Positions 38,426-48,762 of a stretch of 64,000 bases of DNA are shown piece after piece. The notes under the pieces are model-generated. The model was not told the origin of the DNA and searched no databases. It was given only the letters and a program-made list of their open reading frames with translations. The stretch is from an uncultured Coriobacteriia bacterium (GTDB taxonomy: Bacteria > Actinomycetota > Coriobacteriia > Anaerosomatales > PALSA-660): assembly GCA_963726435.1 (NCBI GenBank), contig CAVSCJ010000001.1, positions 199,208 through 263,207 on the forward strand, written 5' to 3'. Every line of letters starts with the position of its first letter. Positions within the stretch are counted from its first letter, which is position 1. Position numbers and translations under genes: made by a program.

Positions 38426-39340
38426 TTGGATAGTCAAAGAGGAAGCGAGCCGGAGCGCCAGGGCCTCAAGAAGGCCACGAAAGCGGTCGCCTTCTGGATC
38501 GTGCGGTACACGGGGGCAGCGTTCCTTGCGCGCCACACCGCCCAGAGCCGGCGCGTCACCATACTGGCGTACCACGATCCGGATCCCGACACCTTCGAGA
38601 GCCATCTGGCCCTGCTGAAGTCGCTGTACTCGGTCATCCCTCTGGAGGCCTTCCTGTCAGCCCGGCGCGTGGGCAACCTGCGCGGTCTGCCGAGGCGTCC
38701 GCTCGTCATCACCCTCGACGATGGGTGGGCGGGCAATGCCCGTCTGCTCCCCGCTCTCAAGCGCCACGGAGTCCGGCCGACAGTGTTCGTTTGCACCTCG
38801 ATCGTCGGCACGAAGAGGCACTACTGGTGGACGCATGCCCCGGACCCGGCCGATCGGGAGATCCTGAAGCGGACTGCAGAGGACGACCGCCTGCGGGCGC
38901 TCGCGTCGTCCGGATTCGCATCCGATACCGAGTACGCGGACCGACAGGCGCTGTCAGCCGATGATCTCGCAGAGATGAACCCTTGGGTCGACTTCCAGTC
39001 CCACACTCGTACGCACCCTATCCTCCCCTGCTGCTCGGATGAGCGCGCGGCCTCGGAGATCGCCGGCTCGGCGGAGGACATCGAGCGCCTCACGGGTGTC
39101 CGTCCACGTGCGCTCGCCTACCCGGACGGGGCCCACTGCGAGAGGGACGTCGAACTAGTTCGGCAAGCCGGCTACGAGTGCGCCATCACCATCGTTCCGG
39201 GCTCCAACGATGCGAAGACAGATCCCTGTCGCCTCAAGCGAATCATCATCAGCGACGGGGCGGGATCCACCGAGCTCGTCGCGCGGGCGAGCGGCGTCTT
39301 CGGGACCCTCGTGGAGTCGATGCACCGACTGTTCCGCTGA
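38426..39340 (+). CDS. Polysaccharide deacetylase (CE4/NodB family)
   Basis: TTG at 38426 after GAGGGGGAGG. Motifs RPLVITLDDGWAGN and FQSHTRTHPIL, with a TM-like N-terminus (AVAFWIVRYTGAAFLA). Confidence 0.8.
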   Translation: MDSQRGSEPERQGLKKATKAVAFWIVRYTGAAFLARHTAQSRRVTILAYHDPDPDTFESHLALLKSLYSVIPLEAFLSARRVGNLRGLPRRPLVITLDDGWAGNARLLPALKRHGVRPTVFVCTSIVGTKRHYWWTHAPDPADREILKRTAEDDRLRALASSGFASDTEYADRQALSADDLAEMNPWVDFQSHTRTHPILPCCSDERAASEIAGSAEDIERLTGVRPRALAYPDGAHCERDVELVRQAGYECAITIVPGSNDAKTDPCRLKRIIISDGAGSTELVARASGVFGTLVESMHRLFR

Positions 39341-39392
39341 GTCGCCGAACAGGGCACCGGTCGGGAAGCGATGGACCGCCGCAGTGGTCCTC

Positions 39393-39863
39393 CTAGCGGG
39401 CGTCCGTTTGGCCGACCACGCGGGCGGGGTTGCCCGCGACGATGGTGCCTTCAGGCACGTCGCGGGTCACGACGCTGCCCGCGCCGATCATGGAATGCGA
39501 TCCGATCGTCAGGCCCGGCAGGATCGTCGCGTTGGCGCCGATGGACGCCCCCTCGTCGATGCGGGTGAGCGCGATCTCGTGGCCGTACGACCTGCTCCGT
39601 GGGAACGGGTCGTTGGTGAAGGTCGCGTTCGGCCCTATGAACACGTCGTCGCCGACGCGCATTCCGTCCCACAGCTGCACACCGTTCTTCACGGTCACAC
39701 GGTCCCCCACGATGACGTCGTTCTCGATGAAGGCATGGTCGCCGACGTTGCAGTCGGCACCGATACGCGCGCCTGCGAGCACGTGCGCGAACGCCCAGAT
39801 ACGCGTACCTTCGCCGATGTCGGTGGTCTCGCAGATCGCCTGCGGGTGAACGAAGTACGTCAC
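39393..39863 (-). CDS. Left-handed beta-helix (hexapeptide) sugar N-acetyltransferase (WbpD/WxcM-like)
   Basis: 156-aa ORF with hexapeptide repeats throughout: IGEGTRIWAFAHVLAGARIGADCNVGDHAFIENDVIVGDRVTVKNGV...IGANATILPGLTIGSHSMIGAGSVV. Confidence 0.8.
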   Translation of the reverse strand: MTYFVHPQAICETTDIGEGTRIWAFAHVLAGARIGADCNVGDHAFIENDVIVGDRVTVKNGVQLWDGMRVGDDVFIGPNATFTNDPFPRSRSYGHEIALTRIDEGASIGANATILPGLTIGSHSMIGAGSVVTRDVPEGTIVAGNPARVVGQTDAR

Positions 39864-39903
39864 TTTGGCCCCGTCCTTCCCTCGACTTGCTGTCGCGTCG
39901 GCA

Positions 39904-41761
39904 CTACAGCCGCTCCAGCCCGACGTCCAGAACCAGGTCCCCCGAGAGCGGCAGCGCCAGCCGGGCGCCCCTGTCGCCCAACGATGTCGTGAGCAGTTCG
40001 CCCGATGCCGTCTTCCATGCGCGGACGCTCGACACGCGCCACCCCGCCGGGGGCCCGACGGTCACGGTCGTCGGGACGTCCTGGAGGTCGGCCTGTCTCA
40101 CGAGGAACAACCGGTACCGGGAGACGATCGCGCTCCCCGGCCGCCAAGCGCCCGGGACCGTGGTGACGATCGTCTCGCGTTGCTTGTGCCCGCGAGCGAG
40201 CTCGAAGGTACGGACCGCAGTAGGGAGTCCGAGATCCACCGTGGCCGTGCTTCCTTGAGCGGAGTGGGGGTCGGGCACGATCAAGGTGCCCCGCGCCCGG
40301 TAGACGCGCAGGTAGTTGCTGAACACGCTGTTCTGCGACGCCGGAAGGTCGAATGGAGCGGTGTTCGAGTAGTCCAAGACGAGTGTCGTCTCCGCCGACC
40401 CGTCTGGCTGGAGCTCGACTTCATAATCGATCGTCTTGCGTATCGCGATGTTGATCTTGCCGCCCACGTTCATCGCGTTGCAGACGGCGAGCATGTCGGT
40501 CGTCCCGTCCGGAGGCTCGATCGCTCCCGACCACCTCATGCCCAAGGCCGCCGCTTGCGCCCGGGCGTCGGTGAAGTACATCTGAACGTGCTTCGCATCG
40601 GCCGCCTTCGCGAGCGCCAACGCCGAGAGGGACAGGTCCTTCGGGCTGGCATCGAGCATCCGCTGCTCGAGTTCGTTGGCCAACGCAACGAGCACGCCCT
40701 TCTTGTCAGGTTCGGCGCCGAACTTGATCTCGACCAGATACAGCAGGCGTTGCAGCAGGTTCTCCGCGGTGAACGTCTCTTTGTAGCTCGGCACGGCGAT
40801 CGGCCCGAACACCTCGAGCAGGTCTCGCACCGAAACGACGTCGATCGCGATGATCCCGTCGACCGGGGGCTGGCCCGACTCCTTCCAGTACCCCAGCATG
40901 GCCCTAGCGCTCGTGGGGAAGTCGATCCACCAGTTCGCATCGCGGAACCCGAAGTGCACGGCCCCTGGCGCCCCCGGTGGCGGCACCGAGATCCTTGGCG
41001 GGTTCGGGATGGTCCAGACGTCCGCATACTTCTCGAGGGTGAACCCCTTCGGACCGACGTCCAGGATGGCGAAGGTGCCGACGAATCCGCCCGTCGGCCT
41101 CAGTTCGGCGCTGTTCTGCGAGATCACGAGGATGCGGCGATCCGATCCCAGCAGATACCTTTCGAGCGCCAGCAGCGCCCTGCCCCGGTCAAGGAACGGC
41201 GCGACTCCCTTCAACGCATCCTTGACCGAGCGGACGGCTCTCGCAAGCGGCGGGACAAGGCCCTCCTCGCTCAAGCCGGCGGAGAGGTCGGCGGCGTCGC
41301 ACAGCGCCGCCAACGCATTGTCTATGCGCTCGCGCCCACGTGAAAGCAGTGACCCGAGCCTCGTCGACCCCGCGGTCGAGGACGCGGGCGGCGACTCCCG
41401 CAGGACCGAAGAGAGCTCGGCGCCTGCGCTCGATCCGTCGAGCCCTATGGCGACGAGAGTCCTTGCGACGGAGTACTGGCGACCCACCTGCGGGATCACG
41501 TTCGCGACGCCCCGGAGCCACTCGGGGCCCAGCATCGCCCTCGCACTGGTGAAGGACTCCAGCGCCGCTCCGAACTGGGACACCGCGGCCGTGGCGTCCT
41601 GGGCGGCCAGGCTCTGGGCTCCCGCCTTCGCCTGGGCCTTGCCCGTGTTGGCGGCGTTCTCGAAGCCCCTCGCCCACAGAGGACCCGGCGAGGGCGACCG
41701 CGGCAAGACAGGCCGCGATCGCGACGATGATGATGACCGCACGGCGAGAGGGTCGCTTCAT
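39904..41761 (-). CDS. DUF4012 domain protein (N-terminal membrane anchor), one frameshift near 41683 as sequenced
   Basis: The body is track ORF 39904..41742: ...RILVISQNSAELRPTGGFVGTFAILDV...DANWWIDFPTSA...DGIIAIDVV.... The anchor MKRPSRRAVIIIVAIAACLAAVALAG is in the frame of track ORF 41189..41761. The two frames meet at GCCGGG-T-CCTCTGTGG. Confidence 0.7.
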
Positions 41762-41805
41762 GCTGTCAGACTACAGGGTCGGTGGGCCCGGCGTCGCGCT
41801 TAGCC

Positions 41806-42909
41806 TCAGGCCACCGCGGTCCGAAGCGCCTCCACGACGTACTCGATCTGTCCTCCGGTCAGATACGGGTGCATGGGGAGCGACAGGATGCGCCCGGCCA
41901 TCCCCTCCGCCACGGGAAAGTCACCGGGCGCGTATCCGAGATACCGGTAGGCGGGAGTGAGATGCAACGGCACCGGGTAGTGGATCCCGCTGTCGATGCC
42001 CGCGGAATCGAGCGCGGCCCTGACGGCATCGCGCCCATCCACCTGGACTACGTAGAGGTGATAGACGTGCTCGACGTCATCGCGATGGCCGACCGGGTCG
42101 ACGCCCGCGACCCCGGCGAGCAGACGGTCGTAGAGTGCGGCGGCGGCGCGCCTCTTCGCGTTGGATTCCACCAGATAAGGGAGCTTCACGGACAGGAATG
42201 CGGCCTGGAGGTTGTGGAGCCGGTCGCAGTACCCGACCACCGCGTGCGTGTACTTGTCAGACTGGCCGTGATTGCGCAGGAGCGCGATCTGGTCGGCGAC
42301 GCGCGCGTCGTTCGTGGTGACCGCGCCACCGTCTCCGAGAGCGCCCAGGTTCTTGCCGGGGTAGAAGCTGAACGCAGCGGCCGCTCCCAGGCAGCCCACG
42401 GGGCGCCCTTCCCAAGTGGCTCCGTGGGCCTGGCAGGCGTCCTCGACCACGGGTATCCCCCGGTCCACGGCGAACTCCCGGATCGCGCGCATGTCCGCGG
42501 GTTGTCCGTAGAGGTGCACGGGCACGATGGCCCGGGTGCGATCGGTACACGCGTCCGCGAGCTTCTCCGGGTCCATGTTCGCCGTCTCGGCCAAGCAGTC
42601 AACGAAGACGGGCGTCGCGCCGATGTGGCTGGCGGCCTCGGCCGTGGCGATGAACGTGTTGACCGGCATCACGACCTCGTCGCCCGGACGGACACCGACG
42701 GCCGTGTACGCTAGCTTCAGGGCGTCGGTACCGGAGCTGACGCCGATCGCGCGACTGCACCCGCACAGTCGCGCGAAGGCCGACTCGAAATCGGCGACCT
42801 CGGGACCGAGCGTGTAGGCCGCGCGGTCCACGACCGAGCGGAACGCCGCGTCGAACTCGGGCAGAAGCTCCCTGCCCTGGCTTTGCAGGTCGACGAACGG
42901 GATCCTCAT
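41806..42909 (-). CDS. DegT/DnrJ/EryC1/StrS-family PLP sugar aminotransferase (WbpE-like)
   Basis: 367-aa ORF: FVDLQSQ...GPEVADFE..FA...SSGTDALKLA...VPVHLYGQPADM...EDACQAHGA...FSFYPGKNLGALGDGGAV. Confidence 0.9.
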   Translation of the reverse strand: MRIPFVDLQSQGRELLPEFDAAFRSVVDRAAYTLGPEVADFESAFARLCGCSRAIGVSSGTDALKLAYTAVGVRPGDEVVMPVNTFIATAEAASHIGATPVFVDCLAETANMDPEKLADACTDRTRAIVPVHLYGQPADMRAIREFAVDRGIPVVEDACQAHGATWEGRPVGCLGAAAAFSFYPGKNLGALGDGGAVTTNDARVADQIALLRNHGQSDKYTHAVVGYCDRLHNLQAAFLSVKLPYLVESNAKRRAAAALYDRLLAGVAGVDPVGHRDDVEHVYHLYVVQVDGRDAVRAALDSAGIDSGIHYPVPLHLTPAYRYLGYAPGDFPVAEGMAGRILSLPMHPYLTGGQIEYVVEALRTAVA

Positions 42910-42961
42910 GGCTCTTCCACCCCTCCAGCCGGCCCCGGGATACGTGCCGCCCGCCGGCTGC

Positions 42962-45071
42962 CTACCGGACCGAGACTCGGACGGTGGCGCTCTTCGCAGC
43001 GAAGTGACTCCTGTCGGCCGGGACGAAGACCCGGTAGGAGAAGGATCCGCGCTTCGAGAAGGCGACCTTGGTGGAGTAGCGCCCGGAGAGAGTCCTGAGC
43101 AGCTTCACGGTCCTCCATCTGCCACCCGTATAGCGCTGCAGGCTGACCGTGACACGGCCCGGATGGCTGACCGTGCCGCTGAACACGACTCGGCCGCCCC
43201 TCGACACGCTCTTCCTCGAGGCCCTGAGCGCCACTCGTGGTCGTACGCCGACCTTCAGCGAGTTTGAAACGTCGCCGGTGTCGACTAGAACGACACGGTA
43301 CTCGGTCGTCACGACCAGTGTGCGTGACAGACGGGCCAAGCCGTCCGCTCCGGTCGTCAGTGTCGCGACCGATCGCCACGAGGGCGCCGCGGCTGTCCGC
43401 TGCTCGATGTGAACGGAGACGGCCGACCCCGGCGCGACGATGACTTGCAGAGTGGTTCCCCGACCGTATTCGATCGCGGTGCTCGAGGCCTGCAGGCCTG
43501 CGGCGGGAGCCGCATTCGGGCTGATCCGCAACAGGACGATGCCGTCGCGCGGCTGCAGGGTGACGGCCGTGACAACGCTTCCGTCGTTGACCGATGGGAG
43601 CCTGGGTGCCGTTGATCTTGCGGAAGGTCCCGCCGAGTTGCACTGTGACCGCTGCCGTGGTCGGGTTCACGAGCGCGATGCCATTGGCGTAGTCGCGACG
43701 CCAGGCATTCCCGACCCTGGTCGCCGAGCCCGTCGGCTGACCGAGGTAGCCGCGGCCGGCTCCCGCGTTATCGTACTCGTCGTACCAGTAGATGCCGTTT
43801 ACGGCGTGGCCTGCGGAGGACAGCGCGTAGGAGAAGTAGCCGTCGTTCATGAGAGCCGAGCACAGACCGAAGCGCATCAGCTGATAGTCGTTCGAGGCGC
43901 CGTAGGTTTGGACCGTCGTGAGGTTCGGAGCGGCCGCGCTCGCGATCCACTCGGGATAGGAGGCGCGCGGGTAGTCGTACGGGCCGACGAAGATGTAGTC
44001 CCACCATGAGGGCCTAAGGGTAGAGTACGGGAACTCCTCGAAGACGGTGCCGTTGAAGTCGTAGTCCCTCATGTTGCCGTTGCCGATGAGGATCTTGTCC
44101 CCACACGCTGCGCGCAGCGCATTGCCATAGGCCTCGGCGCCGGCGTTCCATGCGGTGTTGAACGACGCGTAGCCGTCCGTGACCGGGATGTTCGTGCGCA
44201 TAAGATCGATCGAGCGGTTCTCGCCGTTCGTGGCCAGCCACGACACATTGCCTTCAAGCCCGTCGATGAGAAGACCGTCCCAGTCAGCGGACTGAAGAAC
44301 GCTCTGGCCCCGGCGCACGTTCCAGTCGCTCCATGTCTCGGGTCCGTGGCCCACGTCCCGCTTGGGACAACTGGTGGTGAGATCCATCGCGATGGAGTCG
44401 TGCCAGTGGGTCACCACTGAGGCGATCCGGGCCCCGGCGGCGTGAGACGCCGGCGGGTTCACAGGTCCACGTGCCATCACGGTCAGGCCGGAGGAGCCGA
44501 TGGCCTCGACGCGCATGAGCTCGCGATCGACCAGGACCATCTCGCCGACGGCGAACTTGGTGACGTCCGCGACCGGGATCGAGGTCGTCGAGGCGGTGAT
44601 ACCGGAGGTGAGCGTCGAACCGACCTGAGTGAGCATCCAGTCCGTCGAAGCGCTGCGAAGCTCGACGTTGAGGGGGCTGTCGTAGTCCCCAAGACTGTAG
44701 TTCACCTCGCGAGCGGCGGTCGGACCCAGGACAACGATGTTCGGGTTCAGCCCGCGCAGATCGGCGATACGACCGGCGTCCTCGCTCCGCAGCGCGATCC
44801 AATCGCATTGCGCGAGACTCGCGAGCGGCTGCCTGCTGGCATCGGGCCACCAGATCGCAAGCCGCGGGAAGGCGGGTCGCGCGACTGCTGCGCGGGCCGC
44901 GACGGGGCCACGAAGCGGGAGCGTGAGGAATGCCATGGTCAACAGGAACGTGCCGACCAACAGGACCACTGGTCGCGGCCCGGACGTGTGGGGCTGGGTA
45001 GCCGATCGCATCTTCGTTGTCGCGAGACCTCCATCGCTGCGGCGTTCGCTCGGAAGGATAGCACTGCGCAT
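42962..45071 (-). pseudogene. Paralogue of the 961-aa GHL15-type secreted protein, frame broken by a 1-nt insertion at ~43594
   Basis: The N-terminal ~490 aa (track ORF 42906..45071) align closely with 35151..38036. After ...GTFRKINGTQAP the frame is lost. The remainder (...ISPNAAPAAGLQASSTAIEYG...VRVSVR) is in track ORF 42962..43531. Against the paralogue, ttgaccgAtgggagcctgg here compares with ttgaccgtgggagcctgg, which pinpoints the extra base. Confidence 0.7.
43540..44662 (-). repeat. Dispersed repeat copy B (core of the paralogous secreted-protein gene)
   Basis: Same orientation as copy A and about 7 kb away. By eye, roughly nine of ten encoded residues are identical over the core. Boundaries are approximate. 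Confidence 0.8.
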
Positions 45072-45141
45072 CTGACCGTGCTGCCGCCACGCGAGACCGT
45101 GGCGACGGGCGGACGCGTTCCGGTGCAGAGCGAGCCGGTGG

Positions 45142-46188
45142 CTACATGTCGCAGTGCAGACACATGGGGAGCTCCTCGAACCGCCTCTCTTGGTGGATGC
45201 TCCGGACGGCCTGCAACTGGTCGCAGTTCCAGATCTCCGCGATCGAATCGCTGTTCAGGTCCCCCAGTGGCCGCTCGCAATCGAAGTCACCGTTGCACTG
45301 CGGGACCTGCCCGTTCCAAGCGACCAACAGCCGCTCGTATATCCCGTTGCACGGATGGCTCCGCGTGACCGCGTTGACTCCTTCTCTGTTGTACTCCCGG
45401 AACTCGATCGATATCTCCCCGAGCCTCGCATGGTCGACCTTGCCCCGCCAGAATCGAAGGAAGTCCTCTGCCTCATGCTGGGTCTCGGGGGGCGCATTGA
45501 AGATCGTCTCGATCACGGGGCCGTTGACGCCGAGCTCCTTGCGCACTCTCACCAGCTCGATGACGTTCCGGACGACGAGGTCGTGGTCGACGCCGGCCAT
45601 GGTTGCCTCGTGGCTCTGCTTCGAGTGTCCGATGAAGGAGATCGTCAGCTGGTCGGCGCTGTTCACGCCGGTCCCGAGCAGCACGACACTTCTCTCCGGC
45701 GTGAGCATCGTTCCGTTCGTGACGAGGTGTAGCGCGAGACCCTGTGACTTCACGAAGCCGATCATCTCGAAGATCTTGGGATGGAGCATGGATTCTCCAC
45801 GGAGGTAGAGATGGATCCTCTTCACGCCGATCTCGGATGCCTCCGAGACGATCTTGCGGAAGAGACCCATGTCCATGTAGCCCCTCGGGAACCGACTCCT
45901 CGCGCCGGGGCACGTTATGCAGCGCAGATTACAGAGGTTCGTCGGTTCGATCTGGACACTCGGCGGGACAAGAGCCAGTTCGCGGGAAGGCAGTCCGCCT
46001 CCCAGAGTCGGCAGCTTGTAGGCGATCTTCGCACGGAGAATGCGTAGATCCTCGAGTGATCTGAGGAACTTGAGTTCCTCGAGACCGTACCGGAGGGAGG
46101 TGGACGCGTTGTCGCGCATGCCCATCACCATCTCCCCCTGACCCACGCAAACCGGCCGCTGCGGCCGATTCGAAGGCAGCGTCTCCAA
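45142..46188 (-). CDS. Radical SAM enzyme with Cys-rich SPASM/twitch-like C-terminus
   Basis: IEPTNLCNLRCITCPG is the CxxxCxxC motif. The C-terminal cysteines are HPCNG...VPQCNGDFDCERPLG...LPMCLHCDM. The likely true start is the ATG at 46125 (GGGGGAG upstream). The track start is TTG at 46188. Confidence 0.8.
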   Translation of the reverse strand: METLPSNRPQRPVCVGQGEMVMGMRDNASTSLRYGLEELKFLRSLEDLRILRAKIAYKLPTLGGGLPSRELALVPPSVQIEPTNLCNLRCITCPGARSRFPRGYMDMGLFRKIVSEASEIGVKRIHLYLRGESMLHPKIFEMIGFVKSQGLALHLVTNGTMLTPERSVVLLGTGVNSADQLTISFIGHSKQSHEATMAGVDHDLVVRNVIELVRVRKELGVNGPVIETIFNAPPETQHEAEDFLRFWRGKVDHARLGEISIEFREYNREGVNAVTRSHPCNGIYERLLVAWNGQVPQCNGDFDCERPLGDLNSDSIAEIWNCDQLQAVRSIHQERRFEELPMCLHCDM

Positions 46189-46347
46189 GCGCTGACTATA
46201 CGCGACCGACGTGCGCGGAACATCCTCGCATCCCCTGTCTCGAATGCCGATCGAACGCGCGCCTGGGTGTCAGCTGCCGGGGTGATACGCTGACGAAGGC
46301 CAAGAGAGCCCTGCCACGTCCGACGATCCGTCGTCTCCGACCGCCCC

Positions 46348-47415
46348 ATGGGCCACTCAGCCTATCAGGTCCGTTACACCCTGGGAGCCGAAGTGAGAGT
46401 CTGCGCGATCCCCGTGGATGATCTTGAATGGCGCGACTTCACTTCCTCGCACCCGCGCGCGACCCCCTTTCATCTACCTGCCTGGACATCCTTGATCGCC
46501 GACTGCTACCACTTCGACGCATTCGCCCTGGCGATCAGAGACAGCGACGGCGAGATCCTTGCAGGAGCCCCCGTAGTGGCGGTGCGCTCCCCCTTGGGCC
46601 GGTTGCGCTGGGTGTCTCTTCCCTTCTCTGACTCCTGCCCGCTGCTCGTGCGCTCCGATACCGCTGTCGACGAAGTCGTGGGGGCTCTCAGGGAGCACGT
46701 TCTCGCTGGTCCCGCGCGAGAACTCGAAGTCCGCGCTGAACTGCCCGAGGCGGAGAGTCTGTACCGGGTCGAAGTCGGATACGACCACGTGCTGGAACTG
46801 CCGCGGGACCCGGCTGACCTGCACCCCAACAAGGGCCATCGCAACAGCCGCAACAGGGCCATCCGAAAGGGCGTCCAGGTCACTCGCGGGACGGCGACGC
46901 AAGATGTCGCAACGTTCTACCGACTCCACGCGCTGACGCGACGGCGACACGGCGTGCCGGTCCAGCCGCGCCGCTTCTTCGACTTGATCCAGGATCGTCT
47001 TCTGGCCCGGGGACAGGGATTCGTGGCGACCGCGAGGCTGGACGGCGACGTTCTGGCTGCAGGCCTCTACCTGCACCACAACGGCACCCTTGCTGCGAAG
47101 TTCTACGCGTCGGACCCCGGTCGCCCGGACGTCGGCGCGGGCTATCTGATCGAATGGGAGACCATGGTGGCTGCGTGCATGGACGGCTACCACACGCTCG
47201 ACATGGGCCGCACCGACTCCGGGGCCGAAGGACTGCGCCTCTACAAGGCCTCCTGGGGCACCGTTGAGAGACCGCTCGTATACACGCACATCTCTCGCAC
47301 GCCGCTGATCGAGCAGCGCCCGAGAGTGGCCGACCTGCCTGCACAGATCATCCGCCGGTCGCCGGTCTGGGTCTGCCGCGCGCTCGGAGAGGTGCTCTAC
47401 CGCTGGAGCGCGTGA
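46348..47415 (+). CDS. FemAB-family/GNAT-fold acyl- or aminoacyl-transferase-like protein
   Basis: 355-aa ORF: ...WRDFTSSHPRATPFHLPAWTSLI...NSRNRAIRKGVQ...FYRLHALTRRRHGVPVQPRRFF...AKFYASDP....GAGYLIEWETM....GYHTLDMGRTD. This is the pattern of FemAB-related proteins found in EPS loci. Confidence 0.7.
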   Translation: MGHSAYQVRYTLGAEVRVCAIPVDDLEWRDFTSSHPRATPFHLPAWTSLIADCYHFDAFALAIRDSDGEILAGAPVVAVRSPLGRLRWVSLPFSDSCPLLVRSDTAVDEVVGALREHVLAGPARELEVRAELPEAESLYRVEVGYDHVLELPRDPADLHPNKGHRNSRNRAIRKGVQVTRGTATQDVATFYRLHALTRRRHGVPVQPRRFFDLIQDRLLARGQGFVATARLDGDVLAAGLYLHHNGTLAAKFYASDPGRPDVGAGYLIEWETMVAACMDGYHTLDMGRTDSGAEGLRLYKASWGTVERPLVYTHISRTPLIEQRPRVADLPAQIIRRSPVWVCRALGEVLYRWSA

Positions 47416-47529
47416 GCCCGGGCGCTCGGCGCAGCAGACTGCTATCGTGCCCATGTGAGAAGAGCGGGCTGCTCGCGTCGCCCGGACCGACGTTCTTGAG
47501 CGCGGACGGGACACAAGAAGGAGAAGTCC

Positions 47530-48762
47530 TTGGCGTCTTCGGTGACAGGTGATCGCGAACACCGGCCGAGAGCGCTCATCCTCGTCGAGAACGCGCCCCT
47601 GCCGGACGACCGCCGAGTTACCGAGGAAGCCCGGTCACTTCAGGCGAGCGGCTACGTCGTCAGCGTCATCTGTCCCGGCGTCGCCGGTCAGCCGCTCGCG
47701 GAGTCGCTCGACGGTGTCGAGATCCGGCGCTATCGGCCGTGGGCTTCACGGGGCGGGGCGCTCTCCCAAGGCATGGAGTATCTGACCGCGCTCACCAAGA
47801 CCCTCGGGCTCATGATCGCCCTCTCGCGCAACCCCGGCTTCGACGTGATCCAGGCGTGCAACCCACCCGATCTCTTCTTCCTGATCGTGTGGCCTTTCAA
47901 GCTCGCGGGAAAGCGGTTCATCTTCGACCAGCACGACCTGTCTCCCGAGTTGTACGCGAGCCTGTACTCCCGCGATCGCGGTCTCCTGATGTGGCTCCTG
48001 CGAAGAACCGAACGCCTCTCCTACGGGCTCTCCGACGCGGTCATCGTCACCAACGAGTCCTATCGACGCCTCGCCTTGTCGCGGGGTCGCGTGCGCCCAG
48101 ACAGGGTCTTCGTCGTAAGGAACGGGCCCCGCGAAGGCTGGCCGAGACCGGTGTCTGCCGACGAGTCGCTCAAGAAGGGGCGCCGCTATCTGGTGGTGTA
48201 CATGGGAGTCATGGGGCAACAGGACGGTGTGGACGTTCTCCTCCGGGCCGTCGGCACCCTGGTGCACGGCACGGGGTTCTGCGAAGCGACCGTGGCGCTC
48301 GTCGGGAGCGGCAAGGCGGCGGAGTCCCTCAAGGAGCTGGCACGCGACCTGGGCATCGAGGAGTACGTGTACTTCACCGGATGGATCAAGGACGAGGCGG
48401 TGCTCTCCCGCTACCTCGTGACGGCGGACGCGTGCGTCTGTCCGGAGCCCTCGAGCCCGCTCAACGACCATTCGACCTTCATCAAGGTCATGGAGTACAT
48501 GGCATCGCGCACGCCGATAGTTGCGTTCGACCTCCCCGAGACCAGGATCTCCGCGCAGGACGCCGCAGTCTACGCCGCTCCGGGTGATGTGGAAGGGTTC
48601 GCCGAACTTCTGAGAGATGTCCTGATCGACGGCGACCTTCGGTCGAAGATGACAGCAGCGGCCGCCGATCGGATCCCGTCCCTGAGATGGGAGCGTCAGG
48701 TGCCGAATCTGCTGTCCGCCTACGATCGTGCGCTCCTCCCCGTCCGACGGGGGTCACGATGA
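47530..48762 (+). CDS. GT4-family (GT-B) glycosyltransferase
   Basis: TTG start after AAGGAG. ...ALILVENAPLPDDRRV...VICP.... and the C-terminal E-x7-E region FIKVMEYMASRTPIVAFDLPETR. Confidence 0.85.
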   Translation: MASSVTGDREHRPRALILVENAPLPDDRRVTEEARSLQASGYVVSVICPGVAGQPLAESLDGVEIRRYRPWASRGGALSQGMEYLTALTKTLGLMIALSRNPGFDVIQACNPPDLFFLIVWPFKLAGKRFIFDQHDLSPELYASLYSRDRGLLMWLLRRTERLSYGLSDAVIVTNESYRRLALSRGRVRPDRVFVVRNGPREGWPRPVSADESLKKGRRYLVVYMGVMGQQDGVDVLLRAVGTLVHGTGFCEATVALVGSGKAAESLKELARDLGIEEYVYFTGWIKDEAVLSRYLVTADACVCPEPSSPLNDHSTFIKVMEYMASRTPIVAFDLPETRISAQDAAVYAAPGDVEGFAELLRDVLIDGDLRSKMTAAAADRIPSLRWERQVPNLLSAYDRALLPVRRGSR

